A stretch of DNA of 57,809 nt. It comes from Candidatus Micrarchaeota archaeon. Its GTDB lineage: Archaea; Micrarchaeota; Micrarchaeia; Norongarragalinales; UBA8480. The first letter of the stretch is position 1. Each line of letters opens with the position of its first letter. The position numbers and the translations under genes are program-made. Where the stretch lies: positions 1 through 57,809 of the forward strand of contig JAZDHP010000029.1 of NCBI GenBank assembly GCA_043805855.1, read 5' to 3'. The notes under the pieces were generated by a model. The model saw nothing but the letters and a program-made list of their open reading frames with translations. It did not search any database and was not told the DNA's origin. Positions 8,167 through 17,785 of the stretch are shown here, piece by piece.

Positions 8167-10181
8167 AAAACTACTTCGCGCAGTTTATCTTTAATTTTAA
8201 AGCTCAGCTTGCCTTTCTTTGCCGATAGAGAAGAATTGTAAACCACAATTAGCTTTTCGTTCGGCGCGATTACTTTCCTGCGCCATGTTAGCACAACACC
8301 AATAACGGTTTTTGCTTTCCGCGCTCTGGATATTGCCTTAACTTTTGCGTTCAACGGAAGAATTTCTTGCAGCACAACGTTACACATATCCTCTTTTCCA
8401 ATGTTTATCACAACTAATCTGCACTCATTTTTATTTTGTTGACCTTTCAATCGCACAATTGTCTTGCGTTGGTTTTTCAAAAACAAAAACCCACCAATTA
8501 AAAGCGCGAAAGGCAAAAAGAAAAATGGAGAAAATTCAGGAAGCGCAAAAACAGCGAACCCTGAAAAAATAGAAGGCGCCCTTCCACTTGTCGGCAAGGC
8601 ATCAATTTCACCAATAGGTTCAACAACCGCACTTGAATTATTTTCACGAGGCGACGGCGTTGGAACAACTTTTCTAACTGAGTTATTCGCCGCTAAAATA
8701 TCCGTTGGCAAAATAGAATCAAATGTTCTTACGCTCGCAACGCCTGCTGCCCCAGCGGCGCCTGAGCTGCTTGCAATACCCGAGCTAGGAATTGTAATTT
8801 CAACACGCGCAGTTTTTTGTTTTACAAATATGGAAAAATTACTTTGATTAGAAACTAAAACACTCAATTTGCCGCCGTTAATTTCAACTGGAGTTGAATT
8901 CGCTAGTAGCGTAACGTTTTCAAACGGCGACACATCTAGCTCAAATGGCAAGGCAAGCGAAGAATTTGTTGGGTTAAAAAAAGACAGTGAATAATTTAAC
9001 TCTTCACCACCATTAACTGCTGCACTAGTGTTTGTAACTTTTACGAAATCTCCATTTAACAAAAGCAAAGTACTGTTTTGGGAAACAAACTCGTTCGGAT
9101 TCGCCGCGACACTTGTGTTAAAAAGTTGAGAGAAAAATTCGCTTGCATTTTTTACAAATAGGTTTTCAACTGGCGAGTCAAGGTTAAAGTTAACTGTAAT
9201 TATAGTTGTGTTTGTTGCAGTCCAGTTGGAAAAGTTGTGCGTCGCGTTGAATGAAAAATTTAGCAAGGTATTAGAAATATTTACAACTACATTACCTATG
9301 CCGCTGAAATTATATTCTGAAGAAACAATTGAACTACTGTTAACAAAATCGCCGGTAAAGGATTGTGAAAAGTTTGCAGTTGAATTGGCGGATAGGTTTG
9401 TAAAACTTTGCGTCGGAGAAAGTAGATGCTGGAAGGACACGTTTTCAAAATCTTCGCCAGCAGGGTTGGTAATTGTTACTGTTGATTGAATTGCTTGGCT
9501 GACTTTGGAAAATTCAAGTAATTGCAACGCATTAGAGAAGCGCAGCGCAGGAAACTCAAGGCGAATAAAATAATTTCCAGTTGTACAATTCCATTGTAAG
9601 GAATTGTTTTGAAATGAAAAAGTTATGTTGTCAGTTGAACCTGTTGAGTTGATTGCATTAGTTACGCTGGCAATTGTTGCGTTTGTTGAAAATTTACAAA
9701 CTGAAGTTCCAGTAACAACCGCATTTACGGAACATAAAGTTTTGTCACCGTAAGTGCATTGCTTTGGCGCGGCGTCGAATGTAAAGGCGGGAAAGGAAAC
9801 TTTGAGAACTGCGCCACTCACTTTTGTTGCAGCATAACCTTCAAGGCTATCAACTAACAAGCGATATTTTCCTGGAGTGAGAATTCTGCTTAGGTTGTTT
9901 TCACCAAATCCAACGCTTGCAACAACTGGACAAACTGAGTTATAATATTGATAATTTGTGCACGAATAATATGCGCATTTACGCAGACGTGCGAAGTAAT
10001 TATTTCCAGGCCCTTGGCCAACATTAATCGAAGCGTTCGTGTAATTTTCTGGAATGTCAACGTCAATTGCAATTGGCTGGGACATAAAATAATACTGCGA
10101 TACTGCCCAGCAACCCATATCGCCGCCAGTGAAGTTACTAATTGCAATTTCGGCAAATAAAAGTAAAAACAGCGAAAGCAC
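8163..10181 (-). CDS. large secreted/anchored surface protein, N-glycosylation-sequon rich
   Basis: N-terminal signal-like MLSLFLLLFAEIA, dozens of N-x-S/T sequons, one C-terminal TM (FFFLPFALLIGGFLFL), then a ~110-aa cytoplasmic beta-rich tail. Confidence 0.6.
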   Translation of the reverse strand: MLSLFLLLFAEIAISNFTGGDMGCWAVSQYYFMSQPIAIDVDIPENYTNASINVGQGPGNNYFARLRKCAYYSCTNYQYYNSVCPVVASVGFGENNLSRILTPGKYRLLVDSLEGYAATKVSGAVLKVSFPAFTFDAAPKQCTYGDKTLCSVNAVVTGTSVCKFSTNATIASVTNAINSTGSTDNITFSFQNNSLQWNCTTGNYFIRLEFPALRFSNALQLLEFSKVSQAIQSTVTITNPAGEDFENVSFQHLLSPTQSFTNLSANSTANFSQSFTGDFVNSSSIVSSEYNFSGIGNVVVNISNTLLNFSFNATHNFSNWTATNTTIITVNFNLDSPVENLFVKNASEFFSQLFNTSVAANPNEFVSQNSTLLLLNGDFVKVTNTSAAVNGGEELNYSLSFFNPTNSSLALPFELDVSPFENVTLLANSTPVEINGGKLSVLVSNQSNFSIFVKQKTARVEITIPSSGIASSSGAAGAAGVASVRTFDSILPTDILAANNSVRKVVPTPSPRENNSSAVVEPIGEIDALPTSGRAPSIFSGFAVFALPEFSPFFFLPFALLIGGFLFLKNQRKTIVRLKGQQNKNECRLVVINIGKEDMCNVVLQEILPLNAKVKAISRARKAKTVIGVVLTWRRKVIAPNEKLIVVYNSSLSAKKGKLSFKIKDKLREVVF

Positions 10182-10291
10182 GTGAGAAAAAGCGTAGCTA
10201 GTGTTCTAAAGGCAAATGAGTAGAAAAAGTAGACGAAGAGAAAAATTAAAATTAAAGGAAAAAGGTCAAATTGCGGCGCCTAAATTAACTA

Positions 10292-10492
10292 TTATGTTTT
10301 TCTAATGACGCTCATTGGGATTGAATGTTTGCTGAACTCTAGCTTGGCAAATTCAACTGGAGAAGTTAAAACGTGAACGTCGCTAACCTTAGTTGCGTCT
10401 ATTAGTGGCGGAGCGCCCATTGCGAGTTGCAGCGCACGTGCACCGACAAGGCGAGCCTCTTCGTATTTAGTGTAAGTATTTTCTTTAACCAT
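10292..10492 (-). CDS. rpoK: DNA-directed RNA polymerase subunit K (Rpo6)
   Basis: TKYEEARLVGARALQLAMGAPPL is the Rpb6/RpoK signature. Confidence 0.85.
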   Translation of the reverse strand: MVKENTYTKYEEARLVGARALQLAMGAPPLIDATKVSDVHVLTSPVEFAKLEFSKHSIPMSVIRKT

Positions 10493-10630
10493 ATTTGTAA
10501 ATCACTTAGAGAACTAGTGAATAAATTCGAAAAACTGACGCTTTTAACCCTTACGATGCGAAAATTTAGCAAATTCTAGTTGGCGCCGCCTTTCATTATA
10601 ATTATATGCAAGGAAAACGTATCACATTTA

Positions 10631-11932
10631 ATGGATAGAGTAACTTTTTACGGCGCAGCAAGCGAAGTTGGTAGAAGCTGCATTTTTATAGAATCGCACG
10701 AGAACACAATGCTAGACTGCGGCATAAAACTAGAAGGAAGAAAACCAGTTCCGCCGGAGTTTGACCTAAAACAAAGCAGCAGCGTAGACCAGCTAATTAT
10801 TAGCCACTCGCACTTAGACCACGTTGGCTACGCGCCGGCACTTTACCAACACGGGTTTAGCGGCAAAACCCTGCTTACAAAACCAACAAGAGACATAGCA
10901 CAGGTTTTACTTGCAGACGCGTTGAAAATACAAGGCGACAAATTTTTCAACGCACATAGTGTCGACAAACTAATGAAGCACACTAAACTCCTTGACTACA
11001 AACAACGTAGCGGCGGTGTTGAAATGAGAGACGCCGGCCACATTCTGGGCAGCGCAATGACGTTTCTAGATACAAGCGAACACAGGATACTTTACACTGG
11101 AGACGTTAATCTACGTCAGTCAAAATTACTCGAAGGCGCGGATATACATGGCCTCGAAGCTGACACGCTGATAATTGAAGGCACTTACGGCAACACGACT
11201 CGACAGTCGACAAAGAAAACCGTTAACACTTTTATTAACCACATTGGCACAACTTTGAAGCGCGGCGGAAAAGTGCTTGTACCTACTTTTGCAATTGGAA
11301 GAGGCCAAGAAGTACTGCTAACATTGGAAGCTCATATGTTGTCAAAAGTAATTCCCCATTGCCCAATTTTCCTCGATGGAATGGTGAAAAAAGTAATGAA
11401 AATTCACCGGCACAACGCAACGCACTTGAAACGCGAAATACAAATGCGTATACTTACAAGCGACGACGACCCGTTCAAGAGCGAATTTTACCGAGAGCCA
11501 CAAATGCGCAACAAGCAAGATGTGTTCGACGCAGGGAGGGCGATTATCGTAGCGTCAAGCGGCATGCTAGTAGGCGGACCTGCAGTGCGCTATTTCAAGA
11601 AACTCGCACCTGAACCGAAAAACGCAGTGATAATTGTAGGCTACCAAGCGAACGACACCCCGGGACGAGAACTTATAGATGGAAAACGAGACATTAACCT
11701 AGGAGGAACGCCAGTTCAAGTTAACTGCCAGGTTGAAACTGCGCCCTTCTCAGGACACTCAGACGCGCCTGAACTCCTCAACTTAACAAAGCACGTCAAG
11801 GGATTAAAGCAAATATTCGTAGTTCATTGCGAGCCAACAGCCGGCGCTGCACTTGCAAAAAGTTTACACAAACACACTGGCGTAAAAACGCACTTGCCAA
11901 CAATCGGACAAACGTTTGAACTACGATACTAG
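10631..11932 (+). CDS. beta-CASP metallo-beta-lactamase-fold ribonuclease (aCPSF2/aRNase J-like, no KH domains)
   Basis: ISHSHLDHVG (HxHxDH), later GH and H motifs, beta-CASP length. The ATG at 10631 is preferred over the upstream alternative start in the track. Confidence 0.75.
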   Translation: MDRVTFYGAASEVGRSCIFIESHENTMLDCGIKLEGRKPVPPEFDLKQSSSVDQLIISHSHLDHVGYAPALYQHGFSGKTLLTKPTRDIAQVLLADALKIQGDKFFNAHSVDKLMKHTKLLDYKQRSGGVEMRDAGHILGSAMTFLDTSEHRILYTGDVNLRQSKLLEGADIHGLEADTLIIEGTYGNTTRQSTKKTVNTFINHIGTTLKRGGKVLVPTFAIGRGQEVLLTLEAHMLSKVIPHCPIFLDGMVKKVMKIHRHNATHLKREIQMRILTSDDDPFKSEFYREPQMRNKQDVFDAGRAIIVASSGMLVGGPAVRYFKKLAPEPKNAVIIVGYQANDTPGRELIDGKRDINLGGTPVQVNCQVETAPFSGHSDAPELLNLTKHVKGLKQIFVVHCEPTAGAALAKSLHKHTGVKTHLPTIGQTFELRY

Positions 11933-12013
11933 TTACTAACTGCGCTAACTATTTTAATTTCACATATACTGCTAGTTATTTCAATTTAGCTTAGTCGAAC
12001 ACTTTTACAACAA

Positions 12014-13408
12014 ATGGAACTTGACGAATTTTTGAAAACCTGCCAAGAAGCAGGCAAACGCCTAGCGGAGTTCAACGACGCGGTTATTGTACACCACTTT
12101 GACGCCGACGGCATAGCTGCGGGGGCAATTACGTTCAGCGGCATGCTAAAGAACGGCGTTGAGCCGACAGTGCAGTGTTGGAAGAAAATTACGCCGGAAA
12201 ATCTACAGCAGTTAAGCGAAACTACGAATTACGAGCAAATTGTGTTTTGTGATTTAAGCGTAAGTCCAGAAGAGGCGGAAAAATACTTTACTAACCGAGA
12301 AATTGTTATTCTTGACCACCATGAACTAAAAGGCGAATACAAGGAAAACGTTTTCCTCGCTAACCCACACAGTTATGGAATTGACGGCTCTGTTTCAGTA
12401 AGCGGTGGCGGAACATCTTATTTAGCGTTTAGAAAATACCCTGAACTCGCACAGCTAGCACTTGTATCCGCAATCGGCGACTTGCAAGACCGCGACGGGC
12501 TAACAGGAGTAAATGAACTTATTCTCAAAGACGCGATAAAAAGTGGCGTCGCAATTACAAAAAAAGATCTTCGTTTATTTGGAAGAAGTGCGCGTAATTT
12601 AATTGCGTTTCTTAGTTATTGCAGTGAACCTTTTCTACCCGGATTAACTGGCAACGACAAAACATGCGCTCAATTTCTAGCAGAGAATGAAATTCCATTT
12701 AAGAAAAATGATAAGTTTATTTCATATTACGAATTAACTGACGATGAACAAAAGCAATTGGCAAGTGCACTTATAGAATACTGCTTTATGAAAAAGATGC
12801 CGGAAAAAGTTGTTGAAAAAATAATCGGCGACACTTATTTATTTCCAAGCGAAGTGAAAGGCACTCCTTTTTACGATGCACATGAATTTGCGACGTTGTT
12901 AAACGCTTGCGGCCGTAACAACGCAGCGCAAGTTGGATTCGGTGCGTGTATTAAACGAGAAAACGACCGCGAAGCAGCTGTGCAACTAGTACAACGGCAT
13001 CGCATTAATTTACGCAAGGGAATTGGAATTGCTAAGCGAAAAATAAGCGACGCTGGCCCGTTTTACTTAATTGACTGCCGGGGGCAAGTGAAAGACAGCA
13101 TCATTGGCACAGTTGCAGGCGCTGTGCTGTACAGCGTTGAACCAAACAAACCCGTAATTGCAATTGCAAACGACGATGAAGATGAAACAATGGTAAAAAT
13201 TTCAACGCGAGCAACAAAAGTGTTGGTTGCCAACGGCGTTGACCTTAATTACTTATTGAAAACCGCAACTAAAGATTTGGGAAAAAGCGCAGGCGGGGGG
13301 CACACAATTGCTTCAGGCGCAAGCGTTGAGAAGAAATACCTTCCGGAATTTCTAAAAAGGTGCGCAGAAATACTTAAGGAACAGGAGCAAACACAAATAG
13401 AACAATAA
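12014..13408 (+). CDS. DHH/DHHA1 phosphoesterase, archaeal RecJ/GAN-like
   Basis: HHFDADGIAAG, ILDHHE (DHH) and GGGHTIASGA (DHHA1) motifs. Confidence 0.75.
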   Translation: MELDEFLKTCQEAGKRLAEFNDAVIVHHFDADGIAAGAITFSGMLKNGVEPTVQCWKKITPENLQQLSETTNYEQIVFCDLSVSPEEAEKYFTNREIVILDHHELKGEYKENVFLANPHSYGIDGSVSVSGGGTSYLAFRKYPELAQLALVSAIGDLQDRDGLTGVNELILKDAIKSGVAITKKDLRLFGRSARNLIAFLSYCSEPFLPGLTGNDKTCAQFLAENEIPFKKNDKFISYYELTDDEQKQLASALIEYCFMKKMPEKVVEKIIGDTYLFPSEVKGTPFYDAHEFATLLNACGRNNAAQVGFGACIKRENDREAAVQLVQRHRINLRKGIGIAKRKISDAGPFYLIDCRGQVKDSIIGTVAGAVLYSVEPNKPVIAIANDDEDETMVKISTRATKVLVANGVDLNYLLKTATKDLGKSAGGGHTIASGASVEKKYLPEFLKRCAEILKEQEQTQIEQ

Positions 13409-13439
13409 CTTTAAAAGTAATGCTCTTTTTGTTCTAATT

Positions 13440-14306
13440 ATGGTAAACAAAATTCTAATTTCAACAATTGCCGCGCTAGTTGCATTTGCACTTTTATCCA
13501 CTTTTAATTTTTCTAGCATTACTGGTCAGTTAATTAACGAGTTAAACCCAATGCCCGGGCAAGGCACACCTGGCGGGCCAAGCGGTTCAGGCCCGCAGCA
13601 ATATGGCCCAAGCGCTGGCGATATTCAATGCATGGTGACTTGCATGAAGTGCACCTCGCCAGGAGTAGGCTGCAGTGGAAACTCAACTCAATGCCAGGCA
13701 CAGTGTAATGTTGTAAAGCCAGAGCAAACTCAAGAAGAACAGTGTGTTGAAACTTGCGCTAAAGTTGGATGCGGTGAGTTTGACTTTGTTTGCCAGCAGG
13801 GAAACCAAGCAAAGTGCGACAAACAATGCGGAATGATAAAAGCGCCTGACGAGAGTACAATGAATGAAGAACAAAAGTGTATTACTCGCTGCGTAAATAG
13901 CCAGGCGCCTGGAACAATCTGCGGAGCAAGCCAAACAGGAGAAACCGGCGGCGAAGTTTGTCAAATGTGCGCAAACCAATGTAAACACTTATACTCCGGC
14001 CCGTGTTTAGACGAAGCGAAGTTAACTGCAAAGAAAGCAGAGTGTAACACTTGTCCAACTTGCTACGGCGAACCAGTAAACGGCCCGTCCGGCGAAGGCT
14101 GGGATTGCATTGTTGACGTTATGTGTAAAGATTCTACAGGTCAATTCGGAGACACCCCTGGAACTGGCGAAGGAATAACGCAAAACACAAGCAGCAACGA
14201 AGAACAGAGGTCGGCGTTAAACATTCAAATTGTACCTGAAGTTAGCCGCGCAATTGAAAACGTTGCAAACAGCGTTGTAAGTTTCCTCAAGGGAATATTT
14301 GGATAA
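13440..14306 (+). CDS. secreted cysteine-rich protein
   Basis: N-terminal TM/signal followed by more than 35 Cys in repeated C-x2-4-C and C-x-C spacings. No family recognised. Confidence 0.5.
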   Translation: MVNKILISTIAALVAFALLSTFNFSSITGQLINELNPMPGQGTPGGPSGSGPQQYGPSAGDIQCMVTCMKCTSPGVGCSGNSTQCQAQCNVVKPEQTQEEQCVETCAKVGCGEFDFVCQQGNQAKCDKQCGMIKAPDESTMNEEQKCITRCVNSQAPGTICGASQTGETGGEVCQMCANQCKHLYSGPCLDEAKLTAKKAECNTCPTCYGEPVNGPSGEGWDCIVDVMCKDSTGQFGDTPGTGEGITQNTSSNEEQRSALNIQIVPEVSRAIENVANSVVSFLKGIFG

Positions 14307-14324
14307 ACCGAGAACTAGAATTAA

Positions 14325-14627
14325 TTAGTCTTGTCTCGCTTTGTATAATAGCTTCACTAAATCTTTAAAGTCATTATTTCGATTAATTATACATTCAACA
14401 CGGACCTCGTTGCCTTTGACAGTATAAATCAATCTGCTATAAAGCCCACTAAGTGTGATTTTAATTTCAAAAACTTTAGTAAGCCCTGGAACAGATAATC
14501 CTTTGTACCTAAATGGATTTATTTTAACCAATTCAAGCTTTTCCGAAATTAATTTTTTCTCACTATCAGTAAGCTCGTTAATTTGGCTTAGGAAAAAGTT
14601 ACGCGGCTTCAAAAAATATTCAACCAT
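14325..14627 (-). CDS. RelE/ParE-superfamily-like toxin
   Basis: 100 aa with a small beta-rich C-terminus (IYTVKGNEVRVECII). Overlaps the upstream 82-aa gene by 8 nt. Confidence 0.45.
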   Translation of the reverse strand: MVEYFLKPRNFFLSQINELTDSEKKLISEKLELVKINPFRYKGLSVPGLTKVFEIKITLSGLYSRLIYTVKGNEVRVECIINRNNDFKDLVKLLYKARQD

Positions 14628-14868
14628 GCTTCAATGCCTTCCACAAGTCCTCTTCAGTGCCGTAATCGCTTTCTTTTGTACTAGTTAAGAACTTTGCAAG
14701 CATTTTTCGCTCTTCTTCAGTTGGCTCGCCTTCAGCCAAGTGATATTTGTTTTTCAGTTCAAACAAACCAAGGCGAAGCACCTCAGTTTTCGTCTTTGCC
14801 AAACCCTGCCGAATAGCGTCTTCAATAATCTCGTCGACCACACCAGTAAAATTCACATTAACATTCAT
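14620..14868 (-). CDS. antitoxin-like small protein
   Basis: 82 aa, coupled upstream partner of 14325..14627. Confidence 0.45.
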   Translation of the reverse strand: MNVNVNFTGVVDEIIEDAIRQGLAKTKTEVLRLGLFELKNKYHLAEGEPTEEERKMLAKFLTSTKESDYGTEEDLWKALKHG

Positions 14869-14914
14869 TATCCATCACTAAAAGAGTTATGGAAACAATC
14901 ATATTTAAGGCTTT

Positions 14915-15178
14915 TCACGCCATTAACTGCTGCGCCGCAAGTTGTATATCTTCACGCGAAACATTATTACGACCAGCATGACGTGCGAGTATCTTTGCGT
15001 TGAAAGCAATTTCTGCAGCTGAATCTTCTAGCAATTCACGTAGTTTCCTGCTAGCGCGTTCGTCGACGCGGTCAGCACCGGCTACGCGGAAAAATTTATC
15101 CATTTCAAATAATGAAAACCTATTACTATCCACCACGTTTCTCACCCACTCTTTTTGTTTACGCTGTCGAAAAACCAC
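14915..15178 (-). CDS. archaeal histone (histone fold) with a basic N-terminal extension
   Basis: FRVAGADRVDERASRKLRELLEDSAAEIAFNAKILARHAGRNNVSREDIQLA aligns with HMf-type histones (..AGAERVS.DA...L...LE......A..LA.HAGRKT...EDI.LA). About 20 extra N-terminal residues (MVFRQRKQKEWVRNVVDSNR). Confidence 0.8.
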   Translation of the reverse strand: MVFRQRKQKEWVRNVVDSNRFSLFEMDKFFRVAGADRVDERASRKLRELLEDSAAEIAFNAKILARHAGRNNVSREDIQLAAQQLMA

Positions 15179-15315
15179 CCCTGATTTTCCAACTGCACTT
15201 TTTCTAAAAATTTACTTTTTTATTATCTCTTACTAACCAATAAAGTTCCGCGTTTGCCCACCACGACAAAAACAGCACTTTGCTTTTAACTTTACTTACG
15301 ATTGCCAACCGCACT

Positions 15316-16470
15316 TCAGTGCGTCGTTAGCAAGTTCTTAATCTTCGAATTCAAAAAATACAAATTCTTCTTCCTCTTTCCAACGAATTGCTGCTTTACC
15401 ATTACCAACGGAAATGGAATTTCTGGCTTTCTCTCTTTTTCAGCTTTGTCGTCTCCGCGCAACTGGTACAGCGCGTTGAACACAGTGTTCTGCGTTAAAC
15501 CTGTTTTTTTCATTAAATCATTGAGAGAAACGCCTTCGCCATCAACTAACTGCGACACAATTGTCCTCTGCGACGGTGAAAGAAGAGCCCACCATGAAGC
15601 GTGGCTCGTTGTAAACGCGTAATCAGTTAATTGCGGCTGTTCTCGCGAACGTTGAATTGCGCCTTGCACGATTAAATCATCTGCATACGGTTCTTGAGTT
15701 TCTTCACCAAGCGCAAGTTTTGCCAAGTGTGAATTTAACTCGTCAAAAACATACCTTGGAGAAAGCAAATTCTGTTCAGTTAAAACTCCATCAAGTGCTT
15801 TGCCAGTAAATGGCATTGTACCTTTACCGCCAACTGAAGTTACGCGGTGTTCAATAATCACTTCCATTTCGCCGCGCGTGAATTTATTCCTGGCAAAAAC
15901 ATTTGCAGTGCCAATTAAATGCAAAAGTGAATCTGGAAACTTGCTCTTGTCCAAAGCAGAGAATACAATTCGCAGGTTCGGCACGTCGTCGAGGAGGTAT
16001 TTGAACTCCATGTACATTTCTGGGCCAAGCTGCGCTTCGTCAATAAACCACATTAACTTTTTGTTTTCGCTAGCACGACGTAGAAAGCGAGAAATCTCTT
16101 GCCTTGTTACATCGCGCTTTCCTGCGAGGAATGGAATAAAAGAAATTCCCGTGTTCCTGCTTAGCCCAATTGCGTCTGCCAATTCGTTCAAATTGCCTGG
16201 CGGTTCTTTGAACATTGTTTTTTCAAATTCAGCTGGGAGTAAATAGTTAATATAATACAACGCAGAGGTCTTTCCAACTCCCTTTGGCCCCAACAATAAA
16301 CATGCTTTCGCGTCGAACGCGAGTTTTTCTAAAACTTTCGCCGCATCTAGAGGATAGTAATATTTTAGAAACACTTCCTTCTCGCCGGCACGGAGATCTT
16401 TTACAAAAGGGTTCTCGCTCCAGCCCAAGCTAGTCAAAAGTTTGTCCTTTGCATTGAAAACATTATCCAC
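15316..16470 (-). CDS. AAA+/P-loop ATPase with C-terminal winged-helix domain (Orc1/Cdc6-related or AAA_22-type)
   Basis: Walker A LLLGPKGVGKTS, Walker B WFIDEAQ and a C-terminal wHTH (VSLNDLMKKTGLTQNTVFNALYQL). Start placed at the GTG at 16470 (GGTG 6 nt upstream), because the track extension covers a repeated non-coding element. Confidence 0.6.
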   Translation of the reverse strand: MDNVFNAKDKLLTSLGWSENPFVKDLRAGEKEVFLKYYYPLDAAKVLEKLAFDAKACLLLGPKGVGKTSALYYINYLLPAEFEKTMFKEPPGNLNELADAIGLSRNTGISFIPFLAGKRDVTRQEISRFLRRASENKKLMWFIDEAQLGPEMYMEFKYLLDDVPNLRIVFSALDKSKFPDSLLHLIGTANVFARNKFTRGEMEVIIEHRVTSVGGKGTMPFTGKALDGVLTEQNLLSPRYVFDELNSHLAKLALGEETQEPYADDLIVQGAIQRSREQPQLTDYAFTTSHASWWALLSPSQRTIVSQLVDGEGVSLNDLMKKTGLTQNTVFNALYQLRGDDKAEKERKPEIPFPLVMVKQQFVGKRKKNLYFLNSKIKNLLTTH

Positions 16471-16525
16471 CTTTAACACCAAACAAGGGCCGCCAGCGAC
16501 GGCCCTTACTGAACCCTCTGCAACC
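16468..16525 (-). promoter_or_regulatory. conserved leader element, copy A (GGTTGCAGAGG..GGGCCGTCGCTGGCGGCCC..GGTG..AAAGGTG on the minus strand)
   Basis: Near-identical blocks and a compensated 6-bp GC hairpin (16487..16505) are shared with 47769..47821, in the same orientation relative to the downstream gene. Confidence 0.6.
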
Positions 16526-16538
16526 AAGCAGGGCTAAC

Positions 16539-16671
16539 ACTTACATAAAAGACCTTTAAAAGGCTTATGCCGTTGTTCCAGTTATATGTAACTAGTTGTA
16601 GGTGACATGTAAAAGACACTCAAACCACTCCAAAAACCATATAAAAGACATGTAAGTGACATGTAAAAGAG
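16539..16671. repeat. cluster of ACAT(G)TAAAAGA(C) direct repeats
   Basis: The 15-mer GTGACATGTAAAAGA is exact at 16602..16616 and 16656..16670. Variants at 16543..16553 and 16638..16649. Confidence 0.8.
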
Positions 16672-16697
16672 TTGTTTTTTGGTGAAAAATAGTGAAA

Positions 16698-17753
16698 TTA
16701 AAGTTTTGTAACTATTCCTTTAGTAGAATCAACTTGCACTTCGTCGCCGTTTTTTAAAACGCGCGTTGCGGTTTTTGTTCCAATCACGCAGGGCTTTTTC
16801 AACTCGCGGCTAACTATTGCCGCGTGGCACGTAATTCCGCCTTCATCTGTTACAATTGCAATTGCTTTTTTCATAGCTGGCAAAAAGTCAGGCACAGTCA
16901 TTGGCGAAACAAGCACTTCACCAGTTGTAAATTCACCTAGCTGGTCTGTTGAAAATATTTTTCTCACTTTGCCAGTTACAATTCCGCCGTTAAATGCAAC
17001 TTCGCCGAATAAACTAGTTGAACTAGACACATCGCAAGCGTAAGAAAACCCGTGCGCGGCTAATATTGCGCCGTAATTGTTTGCCAAGTAAAGCTTCCCG
17101 CGAAGGTACAAGTAACCTTTTTTACGTTTTAACAGTTGCTCAAGCGATATGACCCCGCGGTTGGCAAGTGTTTCCAACTCTTGACTATTCACAAATTTAG
17201 CCAAACTTGGCGGCACGACAAGTTGTTTCAATTTATCCGCGCACAATTTGCGCAAAAATAAATCTGTATTTTCCCACAGCCCTTCGGAAAATAACCTATC
17301 TGCATAAGCTTGTTTGACCACTTTTTCTGCGCCTTGCCCGTAAAGTTTCGAAAAATCTTCTTTCCATTTTGCAGGTAAAAAAACTGCAGGGATAAACCAC
17401 GGATAAAGCGAAGCAAGACAATTCTTGAAACCCGCAATTGTCGCAGGAGTTAAATCAGTGGTTTTTAGCTCTTGAATTTTTTGCTTTGCAACTGAAACTT
17501 CTTTTCGAAATTCAGCACTGCAAATTAAGTAAAACTCTCGCTCTGCGGCTAATTTTTTCAAAATTGCGTGTTTAAGCAAACTACGTTGACTTTCTGGCCG
17601 GAGGATCTGACAGGTCAAACCATCACTTATGAAAACATTCTCCTGGCCTACGCCAAAGATAGCCTTAGTTTTAGAATATATAATTTCATCAAGCCACTCG
17701 TTGAAATAAAGCGAAGTATCTCGAGTATAGGCACACAGAAGGTTGTCCATCAT
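16698..17753 (-). CDS. PEP-utilising-enzyme mobile-domain protein (PpsA/PPDK swivel-domain like)
   Basis: C-terminal AIVTDEGGITCHAAIVSRELKKPCVIG matches the phosphohistidine swivel domain (GG.TSHAAIVAREL.IP.VVG). Confidence 0.65.
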   Translation of the reverse strand: MMDNLLCAYTRDTSLYFNEWLDEIIYSKTKAIFGVGQENVFISDGLTCQILRPESQRSLLKHAILKKLAAEREFYLICSAEFRKEVSVAKQKIQELKTTDLTPATIAGFKNCLASLYPWFIPAVFLPAKWKEDFSKLYGQGAEKVVKQAYADRLFSEGLWENTDLFLRKLCADKLKQLVVPPSLAKFVNSQELETLANRGVISLEQLLKRKKGYLYLRGKLYLANNYGAILAAHGFSYACDVSSSTSLFGEVAFNGGIVTGKVRKIFSTDQLGEFTTGEVLVSPMTVPDFLPAMKKAIAIVTDEGGITCHAAIVSRELKKPCVIGTKTATRVLKNGDEVQVDSTKGIVTKL

Positions 17754-17785
17754 TATTAAAATTAATAAACAGAATAAAATACCCT

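Noticed and set aside
15316-16527. N-terminal extension (MVAEGSVRAVAGGPCLVLK...) of the AAA+ ORF from a TTG at 16527.
   Set aside because: These codons coincide with a conserved non-coding element that is duplicated upstream of an unrelated gene at 47769..47821, including its GC hairpin. The GTG at 16470 with an upstream GGTG is preferred, though not proven.
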